From NCBI GenBank assembly GCA_965112735.1, contig OZ218962.1, forward strand, positions 2,666,001 to 2,730,000: a stretch of 64,000 bases of DNA. Reading direction: 5' to 3'. The notes under the pieces are model-generated. The model saw only the letters and a program-made list of their open reading frames with translations. It was not told where the DNA came from and ran no database searches. This document shows, in pieces, positions 21,963-34,446 of this stretch. Within the stretch, counting starts at the first letter, position 1; each line of letters opens with the position of its first letter. This DNA comes from Phaeosaccion multiseriatum. Its lineage: Eukaryota; Protista; Ochrophyta, other classes. A program made the translations under genes and the position numbers.

Positions 21963-24039
21963 GGTCGTCCATACCCAGGACGCGATTCCGTGTTTGCGAT
22001 TGGGGGGGGATGGCCCACATCTTGCCCGCCAGCGATAGCTGTGACAGGGCGGAAGGTACAGAGGAACAGGTCAGGGGCAACGATGGGGGCAAAGGAGGGT
22101 GAAGGTGTTCGTGTGTATGGTGTGAGCGCAACCCAGCAAAAGCGACGACATACGACAGTGTGCAAGTCATTCACTCACCGGCTGGCTGTTGAGAGAGGAA
22201 AGCGCCTTTGGGCATCGGAATGTCGGCATTGGGCCCCTGCAGAGCAAAGGAGGCAGAAGGGAATCAGGCCATGAGGGGCGGGGAACAGCACGAGAGAAGG
22301 AGGGAGGATAGGCGGAGAGACAGAAAGGGCTCTCCCCCCCTGGGTGTCCGGGACGCACCAAGGAGCATTCGCCGAGCTCTCCGGTGCTGAGCACGCCGGG
22401 GTCGTTCGCCTCCGCCTTGCCGGTGTCGCCGTGGGTGAACAAGAGGTTGCCGTCGTCCAAGAACAACAGGTCGCCGCTCCCATGGGTATTAGACTCGCTG
22501 CAGAAGCCTTCCAGCAGCAGCTGATCCACCTCGCCTACTCCGTTGGGGTTGCTGAAGGTGTCGGTCGCTTGATCGTACTCAATGCGAACGCGTACGAGCT
22601 TGCTTCTCTTTCTGCAGTCAAACTCGTTGAAGAAGTCCTGTCGATGATGTTGAGATTAATGAAGAGAAGGAGGGCGGGGGTGGGAGCAAAGGGTGAGGGA
22701 GACTGTTGGAGACGCCTGCACACATTTTGCATGTGAGAGAAAGAGCAGAGAGTGGCAGGCGAAGCACGTACCGGGATGTTGGGACAGCGGTCGAAGGTGT
22801 CATACGTGTCCCGCTGCCCCTGATTCGCTCGTCCCCACCACGAGGGCAGTCCGGGTTGCTGAGAGCGTTGTGAACACGATAAACCACGTAAAAATCGGGC
22901 AGGGGTGTGCAGTCACATGGGGATGGATTTAGGCAAGGGAGGACGAAGAGGCTCGAAACCGGCCGGATGATTGCCGTCTCTTGGAGCGTGTATTCCCCTC
23001 GATGTCCGCGATTGATTGTCCTCCTTACCTTGGCGACATACCAGGCGTAGACATAGGGCGTCTCCGGCCAGTTGGGGTGAATGGCAGCCGAGGTCATGCC
23101 GTGATCCCTCTTCGATATCGTCCTGTGTGTAGCGAGTACACAGAGACAGAGAGAGGGCGGAGCGGGGGGTAAGGGGGAGAGAAGTGCAGAGAGAAGAGAA
23201 TCACCAGTCGGGGAGGTCAGGAACAATTCTGCTCCAAGAACAACACCTACGATAAGGAACGTTTGAGGCAGAGAGACAAATGGAAGTACTTTTGCGGCGG
23301 AGTTGCTGCCTCTGACGCTCGCTGCTCACCGAAAGGTCCAGAAGGATTTGGTTGCCCGGGGGGTTGTCCCCAGGAAACTGCGGCAGAGAGTCGATGTCCG
23401 GGTACATGCGGAGCACTCCTCCTCGATACACCACGAGAACAGCGCTCCCGCTACGGCGTCGTAGATCATGTGTTGTGGGAGGAGAGCGGCCGAGGAAGCA
23501 GGAGGCGTTATAGAGATCAGCACCGGCAGTGTCAGAGTAAACAGGGGCAAGAGGAGGAGCAAGGTGGAGAGGAACCACCGTCAAGAGAGAGATGGAGGAC
23601 GCATGGCAACAACAATTGATCCTAGCTACCCATAGCTGCCGGAGCGAGGGAAGAAGAGCGTCTTGACGTTGCCTACACCATCTTCCATCCACGCGTGTTG
23701 TTCCAGCTGTAGGACCGTAGAGGGGAGAAGGAGAAGAAGAGAAAGAAGAAGGAGGAGGAGGGTCAGTGAAGCAAGCTACTAGGCGTTGTCCGGTATGCAC
23801 AGCAGCACCACGAAGTGACCACAAAGTGAGTCAGCAGTTGCGCCTCCTCGTCACCCTCCCTCTGCCACAGGAAGCTACTGCCATACCCCCTGCTGTGCTG
23901 CTACTAGTGCCTCTACAGCTCTTTAGACGCGCACCTGGACAGAGGGCTCCGTGACTGTGGGCACCACTACTGCTGAGCTTAGCGGCGGCACGACAGTGCC
24001 CACCAGCAGAGTGACGAGGAACGCGAGGAGGGGCTGCAT
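21963..24039 (-). pseudogene. Truncated third copy of the GSDH-MCO gene (exons 1 to part of 8; no MCO domain)
   Basis: ATG at 24039 (MQPLLAFLVTLLVGTVVPPLSSAVVVPTVTEPSVQ). Exon 4 has a 12-bp inversion and a net 14-bp loss, causing a frameshift. Homology stops abruptly after ...VLGMDD at ~21963. Confidence 0.85.
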
Positions 24040-24532
24040 GGTTATCCCCCAGCCAGAGAGGTCCTTATCGGAGGTGGTTGCTGAGGCTTGGCCTGCTCCT
24101 CCTTAATCCCTTCCTCCTTCAATTCTGGTGGGCGCTAGCTAATCTAAAAGTATCTAACGCCTCACCTAATTCTTTACCCCCCCCTTGTGGCCATGTACTC
24201 GGCCACAGCCGGCTACTCACAACAGTGAGAGAGGGGAGGGGGCTCACAGTAAAAGACGCCAGTAAGCTCTGCAGCCGAGCGAGCAGCAGCCAGAGTCAAT
24301 GCAACTTGATTGGCTGCATTGTCGGTTGAACAGTGGCTCTCACTTTGCATCAACTCTAGCAAAGCAGACGCGTAGGCATGAGCAACGCACAGACTACATC
24401 GAAGCGAACAAAGCCCCCCGGAGGCCCGCAGTGTGGAGGCCGTATGTCATAAGATACAATTTGGGGCCGCATGGCATGTCGCCGTCGGATTTCGGGGTTC
24501 GGGATAAGAGGACAGGATTAGTTTGCTCTTGC

Positions 24533-27500
24533 TTACTCTACAAGCTTGCCCCATTTGGCAATGTTCTTCTTGTAGTCTGCCCCTCGCACTTTCTTCTGTG
24601 TATGAACTCTCTTCGTTGGCTTCTCCGGTCCAGTCACTTTCTTCCTTTTGCTGCTGTGAGACCCTTTGCCTTGACTCGCCGGAGCGGCGCCATCGCAGGG
24701 CAAGACAAAGCTCCACACCACGCGTGACTGAGCACTGCTCAAAACGAAGCTGTCGCCCCCCCCCTCCTCATGCGCTGCAGTGGATGGTGCTGGCCCGAGT
24801 CGAGCGGCTTTGGCAGCCCAGGCGAGCACGTAGGCGCTGCTTCGAAAGAGACGCCGTGGGCTGACTTGTCCGTTGGTCGCCGTGGTGAGGTGTCGGACAC
24901 TTGCGACGAGGCGAGTCAGCTGCTCAGTATCACCCATTAAAGGCCGGCACCACAAAGAGACAAAGGCCCACCCACCCACATGTAGTGCGGGAGAGAGGAG
25001 AGAAACGAAGCATGTTTATGAACGGGTCAACTCGGAAACGAGGCGACACAGAAAGAAGGGGGTGGGGGTAAAAAGCTGACCGGTTGGAGGATACGGCATC
25101 AATCTGTGTGGTGGGGGCGGATAGAAATGCACACACACACACATGCACACACACGCACACACTCATACACACACACGCACAACACGCTCACACACATATA
25201 TTCACACATACCTTCCCCTTGGGCAGGTGCAGCATGGCCCCCTTGGGGAGCGCGGCGTGCTTTCCCCCCGGGGAGATCCAATGGAAGGCCTCCGTGTCCC
25301 AAACTGTGCACGCCTTTCCCGCCAACGCGCTCTCCAGGCAGAGCAGCTCCAGACAGCCCTCGTAGCCCTGGGGGCAATTCCAGATTCGATTCGAATTAGT
25401 TCATGTAATCATGTCGACATTGGACTTCTGTTTCGCGCTTCTCTTGCCCCGCTCCCTTCTCCCTCGCGCACTTCTCTGCCCTCTTATACTCCCTCCTCCC
25501 CTTACTCCTGTCCCTTTCTCTATATCTCTCTCTGCCTCTCTCTCTGCCCCGCTCTCTCTCCCTCTCCCTCTCTCTCTCTCCTCCCTCCCTCATTTGCTGC
25601 CCTTTTCTCTCTCCCTCCCTCACCTCATTGCCGGGAGCCGGGCTGTCCTTGGAGCAGATCCGCGTGTTGAGCACTTGCAGAGGCACGAAGGGCCTGACGA
25701 AATGCATGGACACTTCGTTGTGCCCACAGGGCTTGCCAAATCGCCCCCCCCACTGCTCCATGTTGGGCGTCACAGGATTGCACCTCCAGACGCCATACGC
25801 ACCCCTCCCTCCTCGTCCCCCTCCCCCTCCCCCCCCTGCGGCTGCTGCTTCCCCTGTGCTATGCAATGCTACCATCCCTCCTCCTCCTCCTCCTCCTCCT
25901 CCTCCTCCTCCTCCTCCCGCCGCCACTGCTCCTGCCGCCCACAGCGTAGGCACTTGCGCGAGAGGGGCACCAGCGTCATCCGTGGCTTTGTGAGCTTGAT
26001 TCGCTCCATGTATGACGTCATCTCGGGCAGTGGCGGGTAGCGCTTTCGCTTGTCCCGAAGCCATCGCCTTCTCCCGTTGCTCTCGAAGCAGTGCTTTTTG
26101 CCGCTGCCTGTCCCGCTTGTTGCCCCCACCTGATGCTACTGTATCACCAACTGCTGCTGCTTTCCTTGACCCATGCCATGCTGCGGCTGCTGCGACAACA
26201 CGCCGCGCGGCCAGCGAAGAAGCATCGCAACTTGCGCCGCTTCTGATGGGCCCCTTCCATCTGAAGGCATACGGGTGGGCAGAGATGGATGGGTTGAGAG
26301 TGGCACAGGTGGAGAGAAAGAGAGACGAGGCGAGAAAGAGAGAGGAAGGCAAAAGACAGGGCGAGAGAGGAGGAAGCGACAGGGGGAGGGACGTGAGCAA
26401 AAAGTGCCGCCAGCAAGGAGGAGAGGGACAAAACGCCGTCACATGAGCGCACGGTGGAAATTGAATTCACCGTCTTCGGAGAGAGTGCAATACGACAAGA
26501 TAGCGTGGATGCTGGGCACACTCACACACAAACAATGAGAGAGGAGGGGGAGCGAGTGATTAGAAGAATGCTTCATCACTACCCTATCCTACTGTGCTTA
26601 CTCACCCAGCTGCTGCAAAGTCCTCTCCTGGCCTCCCGTCCAGCCATTGCGTGAGCGCGACTGCCCTCTCCGACTTTGGCGTTACAGAAAAGGACCGAGG
26701 AGAAGAGAGATGGAGGGGGCGGGTTGGGAGAAGCGGATGGGAATTTCAAATTCAAGCGGCTCAGGTTGCCCCTGCCACGGATAAATACGAATCGAAGGAC
26801 GAGCAGGACCGAAGTCGGACTTGGGAAAGAGAAAGATGATGTATGAAGGAAAAACAAGAGGGGGTGGGTTGTTGTACATGACCGAAGCGATGAGTACGTC
26901 CGCCCGTGGAGCAGACAAAGACAAATAATAAACAATGCCCCGGATGAAGAATGACAGAGGAGAGTGAGGTGCAGCAAACAGAGGCATATGGCGTATAGGA
27001 TATGTCCCCATGTCAGAGAAAGGTGTGTGCTTACCTGCCCTCCCACTGCTGCACCAATAGTAGCAGTAGCAGTAGTAGTAGTAGAAGTAGTAGTAGTAGC
27101 AGCAGCAGCAGCAGCAATCCCTGCTGATAGTGCCACGCTCCTCCCTGCCCCTGCCCCTCCCCCGGGGGGAAGCATTCCCAGCACCTCCATGCGGCTGCGG
27201 AGCTCCTTGCTGGACAACCCTGACACTACGTACGGAAGAATGTACGTGTGTAGGTACGTGTGTGTATGTATGTATGTATGGGAATGGGAATGGGTGTGCG
27301 TGGGTGACGCGTGTGTGTGCGGGTGACAGTAGACAGAGGGAGGAGGGTGGAGATACATGCGTCAACATCGCATTGCACACTTGGTGACGAAGAACAAAAA
27401 GAAAGCCAAGAAAGTCATGCCCCCTATAGAGAGAATGACGGGCAGAGGGCGGGAAGCAGCAGTGTAGAGATCATACTTGTAACGGCATGTAACGCCTTTC

Positions 27501-29946
27501 CCTTTCGTCGTGATGGGACTGAGACCCTGGTCCGGTGCTGCGGTTGAGGTGTGAGCGGGGTTGGAAGGGGCGAATACATGCACGCCTCATCGAAAGGCTT
27601 TCACCACCGAGTCACAGAAGCAGCAGACAGATAGATACACAACATGCGCACCTGTGGCCGATGTCGACAAGTCCGCCTCCTTCTCTTGCGGCCCGGACTG
27701 CAGCGGCAGATTCTTGCACAGCAAAACCGACAGTTTCGTCTGCGCCGCCTGTATTCTCGCCGAGTGCTGGCCATCGAGCTGCTGCTGCTCCCTTCCTTGC
27801 CCCCATCCACCCGAATCTCCATCCTCACCCGCCTGGGTTCCCACACGGCCCTCGGGCTGATCGTCATCGTACAGGCCAGCGGCAAGTGCGTCTCTCTTGA
27901 GGGCTCTGTCGCTTGCTGCAGGACCAGTGCCCCTCCCCTTCAGTTGCGTATGTGCGTGCGTGCGTGCGTGCGTGAGTGAGCAGGAGAGAGGGAGAAAGAA
28001 CGAAGCAGACAGAGACTCGTTGAGCCCTCAACAAAACCCCACCACCATCCCCTAGTAAACATATTTGAAACACACTTCCATACTCAACACACCTACTCCC
28101 CCGCACCCCCGCAAAGAAATACGGCCTACTGGTACTCACTTGCGTCTGTCTCTGTTGCTGTTGCTGCTGTTGCTGCTCACACAATCGTGTGAGTTTCAGT
28201 GCTGCGGCGACTCTCCCATGCACAGCAGCGACAACGGTCGGCAGCACCTCCAAAGAGCGAGGAGGGGTGCATGGCAAGGCGAAGGAGGGAGCCACCTGCG
28301 TAGTTGAAGGGAAGATCGACACAGGAGGACTGCCACTACTCCATCCAAGCTCAGCGACACCGGCATTACCGCCTAGTGGCTCTACAAACAATTCCCAGCA
28401 GCCGCTGATGCTGCTGGCTGCGCCCCTGTTGCTAGAGGTGGAGTCGGACACAATTCTCCTCAGGATATCTGTGCGAGCCTTGCTGACTCCCTGGCTGGCG
28501 GGTGGATCGCCATGGATGACCTTGCCGAAACGAATGGTGGTACTCGGTGGTGTAGTGACAGGCGAAGCATCGCTACCACTACCACTACCACTGCTGGCAG
28601 CAGCCTTCTTCTGGATACGATGTGGAAGGAGGGACGAGGCGGGGAAGGGGGTAGCGGGGGAAAGCGAGACGAGAAGAGGGGGGGTTGGAGGAGAGGTGAC
28701 AACATGAATATCTCTTCGCGATAGCACACAAGTACAGGGTCACGCTACACCCTACCTTTTTGATACTGTTGTTCTTGTTCTTCTTCTGCTGCATGCCATT
28801 CTCTTCTCTCTCCGGTTCGCCCTCATGCAGACGCGGTTCCTCTGTGCCCCCCCCCCCCCCCCGGCTGCTACTTCCCGCCTTTGGGTGAAGCAGTAGCCGC
28901 AGCATGGAGTTGGGCTGTTTGCCTCGCAACACCACCTCGTCCGCCAAGATGAGCACCACAGACGCCTGAGGAGCGCTGCTAGTGCTCCTCTCACGCCCTC
29001 CCTGAGCCTCCCCGCTAGTGCCGGTACCGGTGCTGGTGCTACTACTGCTGCTGCTGGGCACCCCCTTTGGCCGACGAAGCACCAGTAGCTTGTCCCGAAT
29101 GCTCTTCATCTGCGAAGTGTGTGTCTTTGGGTGCACGGCGAAGGCGGCGAGGCCCAACTTCTTGAGGAGGCCGGCGAGGTGTTGCGCAGACTCCACAGAC
29201 TGCACAAACACAATGGAATGGCCACTATCATCACCAGCCACCGCTGAGGCACAGCCATCCCCGCTGCGTCCCGATCCACCCACAGGAGCGATTCCACGCT
29301 CGGCCCCAGCCTCCAGAGGTGATGCCTCCCCCATCCTTTCCCTCTTCCTCTTTCTCTTTTTACCAAACCCAGGGGAGGCGCTCGGTGGCTCCGAACAGTC
29401 CTGCTGCCCATCGCCCCCTACCTTTGCCCTCTCCTCAGGAGGGAGCATCCTTGCCTTAGGCACAGCGAGGGCGTAGTAGACCCGGTCTTCCATCTGCAGC
29501 TCGATTCCTTTGGTGACCCTCTTGTGAAAGGGCAGAAGCCCACGCTCCCAACAAACGCTTGAGCCCCGGGACATGATTCCTCCCTCTTTAACAACCGTTG
29601 CAGTGGCAGGAGCAGGAGCAGCAGAGGGAGCCAAGGGAGCCGAGCCCACTCCGTGTGTGGCCGGATCCACGCGCTTCCCCTTACTGCTGCTTCCCATACT
29701 CGCCTTAGCATTGTGATTCCTCTCTTTCCCCCCATGCTGCACCTTGCTGCCACCTTTCCCCCCTTCTCTTGGCTCTGCTCGGCCTCCTCCTCCTCCCAAA
29801 CTCGCCTGGTGGTGCCGAAGAAGTGCCGCTGGCGACAATGAACCCACCACCACCAGCCCTGCCCGCCCGCCGTTGTTCGCCTTACTCTTACTCCCTGTAT
29901 AGGCTTGCCCGTGCTTGCCACGCGGCTTCTTCCCCTTCTTAGGCAT
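24533..29946 (-). CDS. Basic protein with a degenerate DEAD-box helicase C-terminal (DDX24/Mak5-like) region and an unrecognised Cys/Trp-containing C-terminal domain
   Basis: Exon 1 28756-29946 starts MPKKGKKPRGK and contains SIVFVQSVESAQHLAGLLKKLGLAAFAVHPKT (helicase motif IV-like). Later exons give VIHGDPP, RVAAALKL, KLSVLLCKNLP, then WGGRFGKPCGHNEV...PAPGNE|GYEGCLE...VWDTEAFHWISPGG. The last exon probably ends at 24533. Internal exon boundaries are partly uncertain. Confidence 0.6.
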
Positions 29947-30578
29947 CCTCTGGGTTAAGAAAGGCGAGGAGGGAGGAAAACCATTACTATTAGACAAATG
30001 GCACTTGACGGTGACGGTCCATCCGGTAGCGATACATCCGCCGCGAAAAGATATGTAATTATATTTGTTCAGCCTCGTCCATGACAAGATGACTGGTGTT
30101 GGTGTTGGTGTATTCAGCAGCACCATCTGCAACGGGCCTCGCACTGACGCTTCAACCCCTCGCCACACTCTCGCCTCTTCTCTCCCCCAACCCCCCCCAC
30201 ACCAAACATTAAAAGAAAAGCCCCCTTCCTTCGGTCCACGACCTATCTATGTACTTTGCGTCCCTCCAAACTCTAATATGTCCAGTCTGCCCTGCCTCGC
30301 TACTCCCCTGCCCCCGGAGTGGAGCAATGCATGGGGTGAATTGGACGTCACCAATTCGCACCTCCGCGGCTCTCCCCTCTCTCCACTCCCCACCGAGGTT
30401 GGTATTCGCCTGGCGGAGAGGACTCTAACAGAAGCTCTTCTCTTCACCCATGCAATCCGCTGCTGGTGCTGGTGCTTCTGTGTGGTGGTGGCGGCGCTGC
30501 TGTAGAGGAAGCTGCATCCTGGTGTAACTGCCGGGTCCCTCTGTGGTGTTGAAGGAACGCTCGGAAAAGCCCACTGAC

Positions 30579-32489
30579 TTATGCCTGCTCCTCGAAGAAC
30601 TCTCGCAGCCTCATGCCCTTTCCGGGGATGAAGCCGCTGGGGCCGCTCTTGGGCTTGCCTGGGGAAGCAAGGACGAAGGGGATGATGATGATGATGATGA
30701 TGATGCAATGAGGGTCAGGGAGAGCATTGAAGCAGCGATTCTTCCGAATCAAGACACACGCATGTACGCACGGATTCTCACACTCCTCCAATTTCGCGCC
30801 TTATGCATCAGCCACACGATGAAAACAAACTCTCAGCAATCTGAGTCCTCGCGAAACGTCCCACCTTTTCTGCTCTCCCACTCCCCGACTCGGCATACAC
30901 TAAACCACACAGAAAACCCCACGTGTGCCTAACACTCGATTTGCGTAAGCATCGCTCGATTTTTCAAATTTTCGAGTTTTGGGAGAGCGGAGCAAAATGC
31001 CGGTGGGAGAAGCGCTATAGCCCTTCATGTAGCTCTTTGAGATGCCTATCGATCCATAGTCTTTCGGCTTTCGTCGATTTTCCCCTTCCTTACTTGTCAG
31101 CAGTTCTGCAAGATCACTCCCCCTTGCCGCCCGATCTCTAAAAAACGGGCGATTTGGGCATTCTTACGCAAATCGAGAGTTAAAAGACTTTGCACCACCA
31201 ACAGCAGGGCGATAACAACGCCCCCCCCCCCCCCCACAGCTGCCCTCCCTTCCTGCCTGCCTACACGGATGTACTCACTCTTGGTGCGGAATCCCTCCAA
31301 AGCGGGATTCTTGCCCGCCGCCATCATAAAGTCCGACTCCATCTCCCCGCGCTGCCTCATGCCCTTGCCGGGGATGAAGCCGCTGGGGCCACTCTTAGGC
31401 TTGCCTTGGGAAGGAAGGAGGAAGGGGATGATGATGATGATGACGCAACGAAGGTCAGGGAGCGCACTTTCCTGTCAAAAGCAGGCGTAATCACCCCTTT
31501 TCCCGCTCTTGCCTCTCCGACTATGCACACAGCACACTTGCACCACGCACCACCCGCCTGCCTGCCTCTTCCTGCGTACAGGACGGACTCACTCTTAGTG
31601 CGGAATCCCTCCAGAGCGGGGTTCTTGCCCGCCGCCATCATAAAGTCCGACTCGCTCTCCATCTCCTCACGCTGCCTCATGCCCTTGCCGGGGATGAAGC
31701 CACTGGGGCCACTCTTCGGCTTGCCTGCGGAAGGAAGGAGGAAATGATGCAAGATGGTCAGCCATCGAAGTTTTGCAAGTACTATGCCTCGGGCAAAAGA
31801 CACGTCTTCCCTCTCGAAAGCAGACGTACTCAAGCCTTTCTACCTGCCTGCCTACACGGATGTACTCACTCTTGGTGCGGAATCCCTCCAAGGCCGGGTT
31901 CTTGCCCGCCGCCATCATAAAGTCTGACTCGCTCTCCATCTCCTCACGCTGCCTCATGCCTTTGCCGGGGATGAAGCCACTGGGGCCACTCTTCGGCTTG
32001 CCTGGGGAAAGAAGGTGATGGTGCAAACAGGTAGGTAGGTCACAGAATGCCAGGTATCCAGGACGCACGAGCATGCTCCTCACTCGTAAATTCTTGCACA
32101 CAGATGAAGGCGTAGCGCTCGTCAACCCTTAATCCCCCGACTGCAGACTCCTTCAGCCTCCCTGTGCCCCCCCCCCTTTCCCTGACACTACATACTGCAC
32201 GCAGAAGAGACGTAACAAACAGTCTCCCTTTTCAGCCTGCTCTCCCTTACTCACTTTTCGTTCTGAATCCCTCAAGGGCTGGGTTCTTCCCCGCAGCAAG
32301 TGCCGCCGCAGGAGCAGCGACAACAGCTCCGACCGCCAAGCCCTTCACAGCATCCTGGATCATGACACGGCGGGAGACTCCGTTCATTTTCATTGTCATC
32401 CTGGCCTGGGGCACGACTCCGGGAACAAATGCGAGTGCGCCAGAAAGCCCCCCGACCACGCAGGCAGCGGCCACTGCTGAGGAGCGCAT
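30579..32489 (-). CDS. Nucleus-encoded thylakoid-lumen-targeted protein made of four ~44-aa repeats (234 aa, 5 exons)
   Basis: Exons 32255-32489, 31870-32001, 31593-31724, 31279-31404, 30579-30658 total 705 nt. Signal peptide ending ALA|FVP (ASAFAP-type), then a transit peptide, a twin-arginine motif VSRR, and a hydrophobic stretch ending AAALA. Repeat unit AGKNPALEGFRTKSKPKSGPSGFIPGKGMRQREEMESESDFMMA. Confidence 0.85.
30933..31179. mobile_element. piggyBac-like MITE (247 bp) in intron 4 of the lumen-protein gene
   Basis: 17-bp TIRs CACTCGATTTGCGTAAG / CTTACGCAAATCGAGAG (one mismatch), flanked by CTAA (30929-30932) and TTAA (31180-31183). This intron is much longer than the other three repeat introns. 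Confidence 0.75.
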
Positions 32490-32835
32490 TTTTTAGTAAA
32501 CAATGGGTAGGAGGAGGAAGGGAAGGGAACAAAGAGAAGGGGGCGGATTTTCATGTGTCCCCCGGGGGTCTCCCGCGGGTTTCCGCGTCCGGAGGGACGC
32601 TCGTTTTATTTTCTGTAACTGTAAAACTACTTCGAATCCGAAAGTAGATCAATGAAAAACAGAAAAAGGATAAAAAACCAACCACACATTGCACAACCCC
32701 CCCCCTTCAGAGTCACTCCCACACCCTCCATTGTTTCTCCTTCTTTCTCCTCCCCGCCCCTCCTCTCTACCTCACTGCGGCGACTACGGGGGCGAACTTC
32801 CGACTGCAAAGCTCCCCTCTTCTCCTTTATTTTAG

Positions 32836-34379
32836 ACCTCAATCTCTGCGCGGACTGAGGTGGCCATGGGAAACACAAACACAAACCCTCAGCTTATAGC
32901 TGTGGGCAGTTACCACCGGTGTGCGACGCAGTATGGGACGCTCAAGTGCTGGGGTCGGTAAGCAAGTGTCCCATAACCTCTCCCCCTCCCGGCCGGATGC
33001 TTCTTTTTGCCTGCCTTTCTCTCACACCCCCCTCTCTCTCTCTTCTGCTGTATCCTTTCATTGAGATGCAGAAACTTCTCCACCCTCGCCGACCTCTCTT
33101 CCGCCCCGGCCGCATGCTTCTTACTTGCCGCCCTTCTCACAGCCCACCCTGCCTCTCTCTCTTTCTCCTTCCTTGAGGTATGACTATGGGGCACTTGGCC
33201 TTGGCTATGATCCTGGCAAAAACCTCGGAAACGCAGCGTCAGAGATGGGCAGCAACTTGCCTGCCACCGACTTGGGTACAGGGCGAACCGCACTTGCACT
33301 GGCCAACGCCGAAGGTAGCACGTGTGCTCTGCGGGATGACTACACCGTGGTATGCTGGGGATATAATGCCGATGGGCAGCTCGGATACGTGAGTAGACCC
33401 TATGGCAGCAGGCTCGCCGGCCATCCTTGCCCTACGTTGCTTGCAATATTACCCACTACGAGTCAGCCCACGTTCTTGCTCGTCAGCCTGAGTCAAAGTC
33501 TTACTTACCTCGTCCCCGGACTTCGCTTCTTATTGCTGCGATTGAGTAGGACGACACCACTGACCGGGGCCTGGCTGCCAGCGACATGGGTGACAACTTG
33601 GTCGCCGTCAATCTTGGCGGGACGGCAACGGACCTGTGCGGCGGATCCGAGTCTATGTGCGCCTTATTAAGCACGGGGGACATGAAATGGTGAGTAAGGC
33701 TGGGTGATGCCTTCGTGTCGCCATGTGACTCTCTCCCTCCCGCTCACTTTTTGCGTGGCTGCCTCAGCCACGATTCCGCTTCTTCCCCTCCCTCACTGTC
33801 CCTCCCCTCGTCACTCTTCCTTGGCATCTCCCATTGTCACAGTTGGGGAGCAAATGCGTACGGGCAGGTATGACGCGATCAGGGCCTGGTGTGGGGGGCT
33901 TAGCCTTTCTCACCCTTGTGTGTGCCATTTGTGAAGGGAGCCTAGGCACTCGTGAGCACGCAACGATTAACTGTTCTATATCCAACCCACTCCTCCCGCC
34001 TCTCCCCTCAATTCGATCTGTGCCTCTTGCCTCCCAACGTCCTCTTTGCCATTGCCTTAGTTGGGAACGGGAGATCTCAATGCGAGGGGAGACGAGTCCG
34101 GCGAGATGGCGGCTCTGGTGAGTGGGAAAGCAGCAGACGGTCCAAGAGCAGAGCAAGAGAAGAGGACTCACTCGGCTTGCTGCCGCGGTCGTATCGCAGT
34201 CTTGGTGTCGCTGCTCCTGCTTGCTTGCTCTCTTCGCTCATTCTACTGACGCCTTGACGCCTGGTGCCTTCTTCGCCCTCTCTCCCTCCCTCCCTCCCTC
34301 CCTCCCTCCCGCTGCCTCTCTCTCCCCTCTCCGTCTCTCTCCACCTTTCTGTCTCTCTCTCTCTCTCGCTCTCTCTCGC

Positions 34380-34446
<67 letters not shown>

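Noticed and set aside
4150-24039. Interpreting the locus as a bacterial contaminant or operon because GSDH and MCO look bacterial
   Set aside because: The genes carry about 20 spliceosomal introns in the same style as neighbouring genes. Ancient HGT remains possible but needs phylogeny.
30579-32489. Naming the lumen repeat protein as Psb31, PsbU, PsbQ' or another known subunit
   Set aside because: The mature sequence does not resemble those proteins as I know them, so no symbol was assigned.
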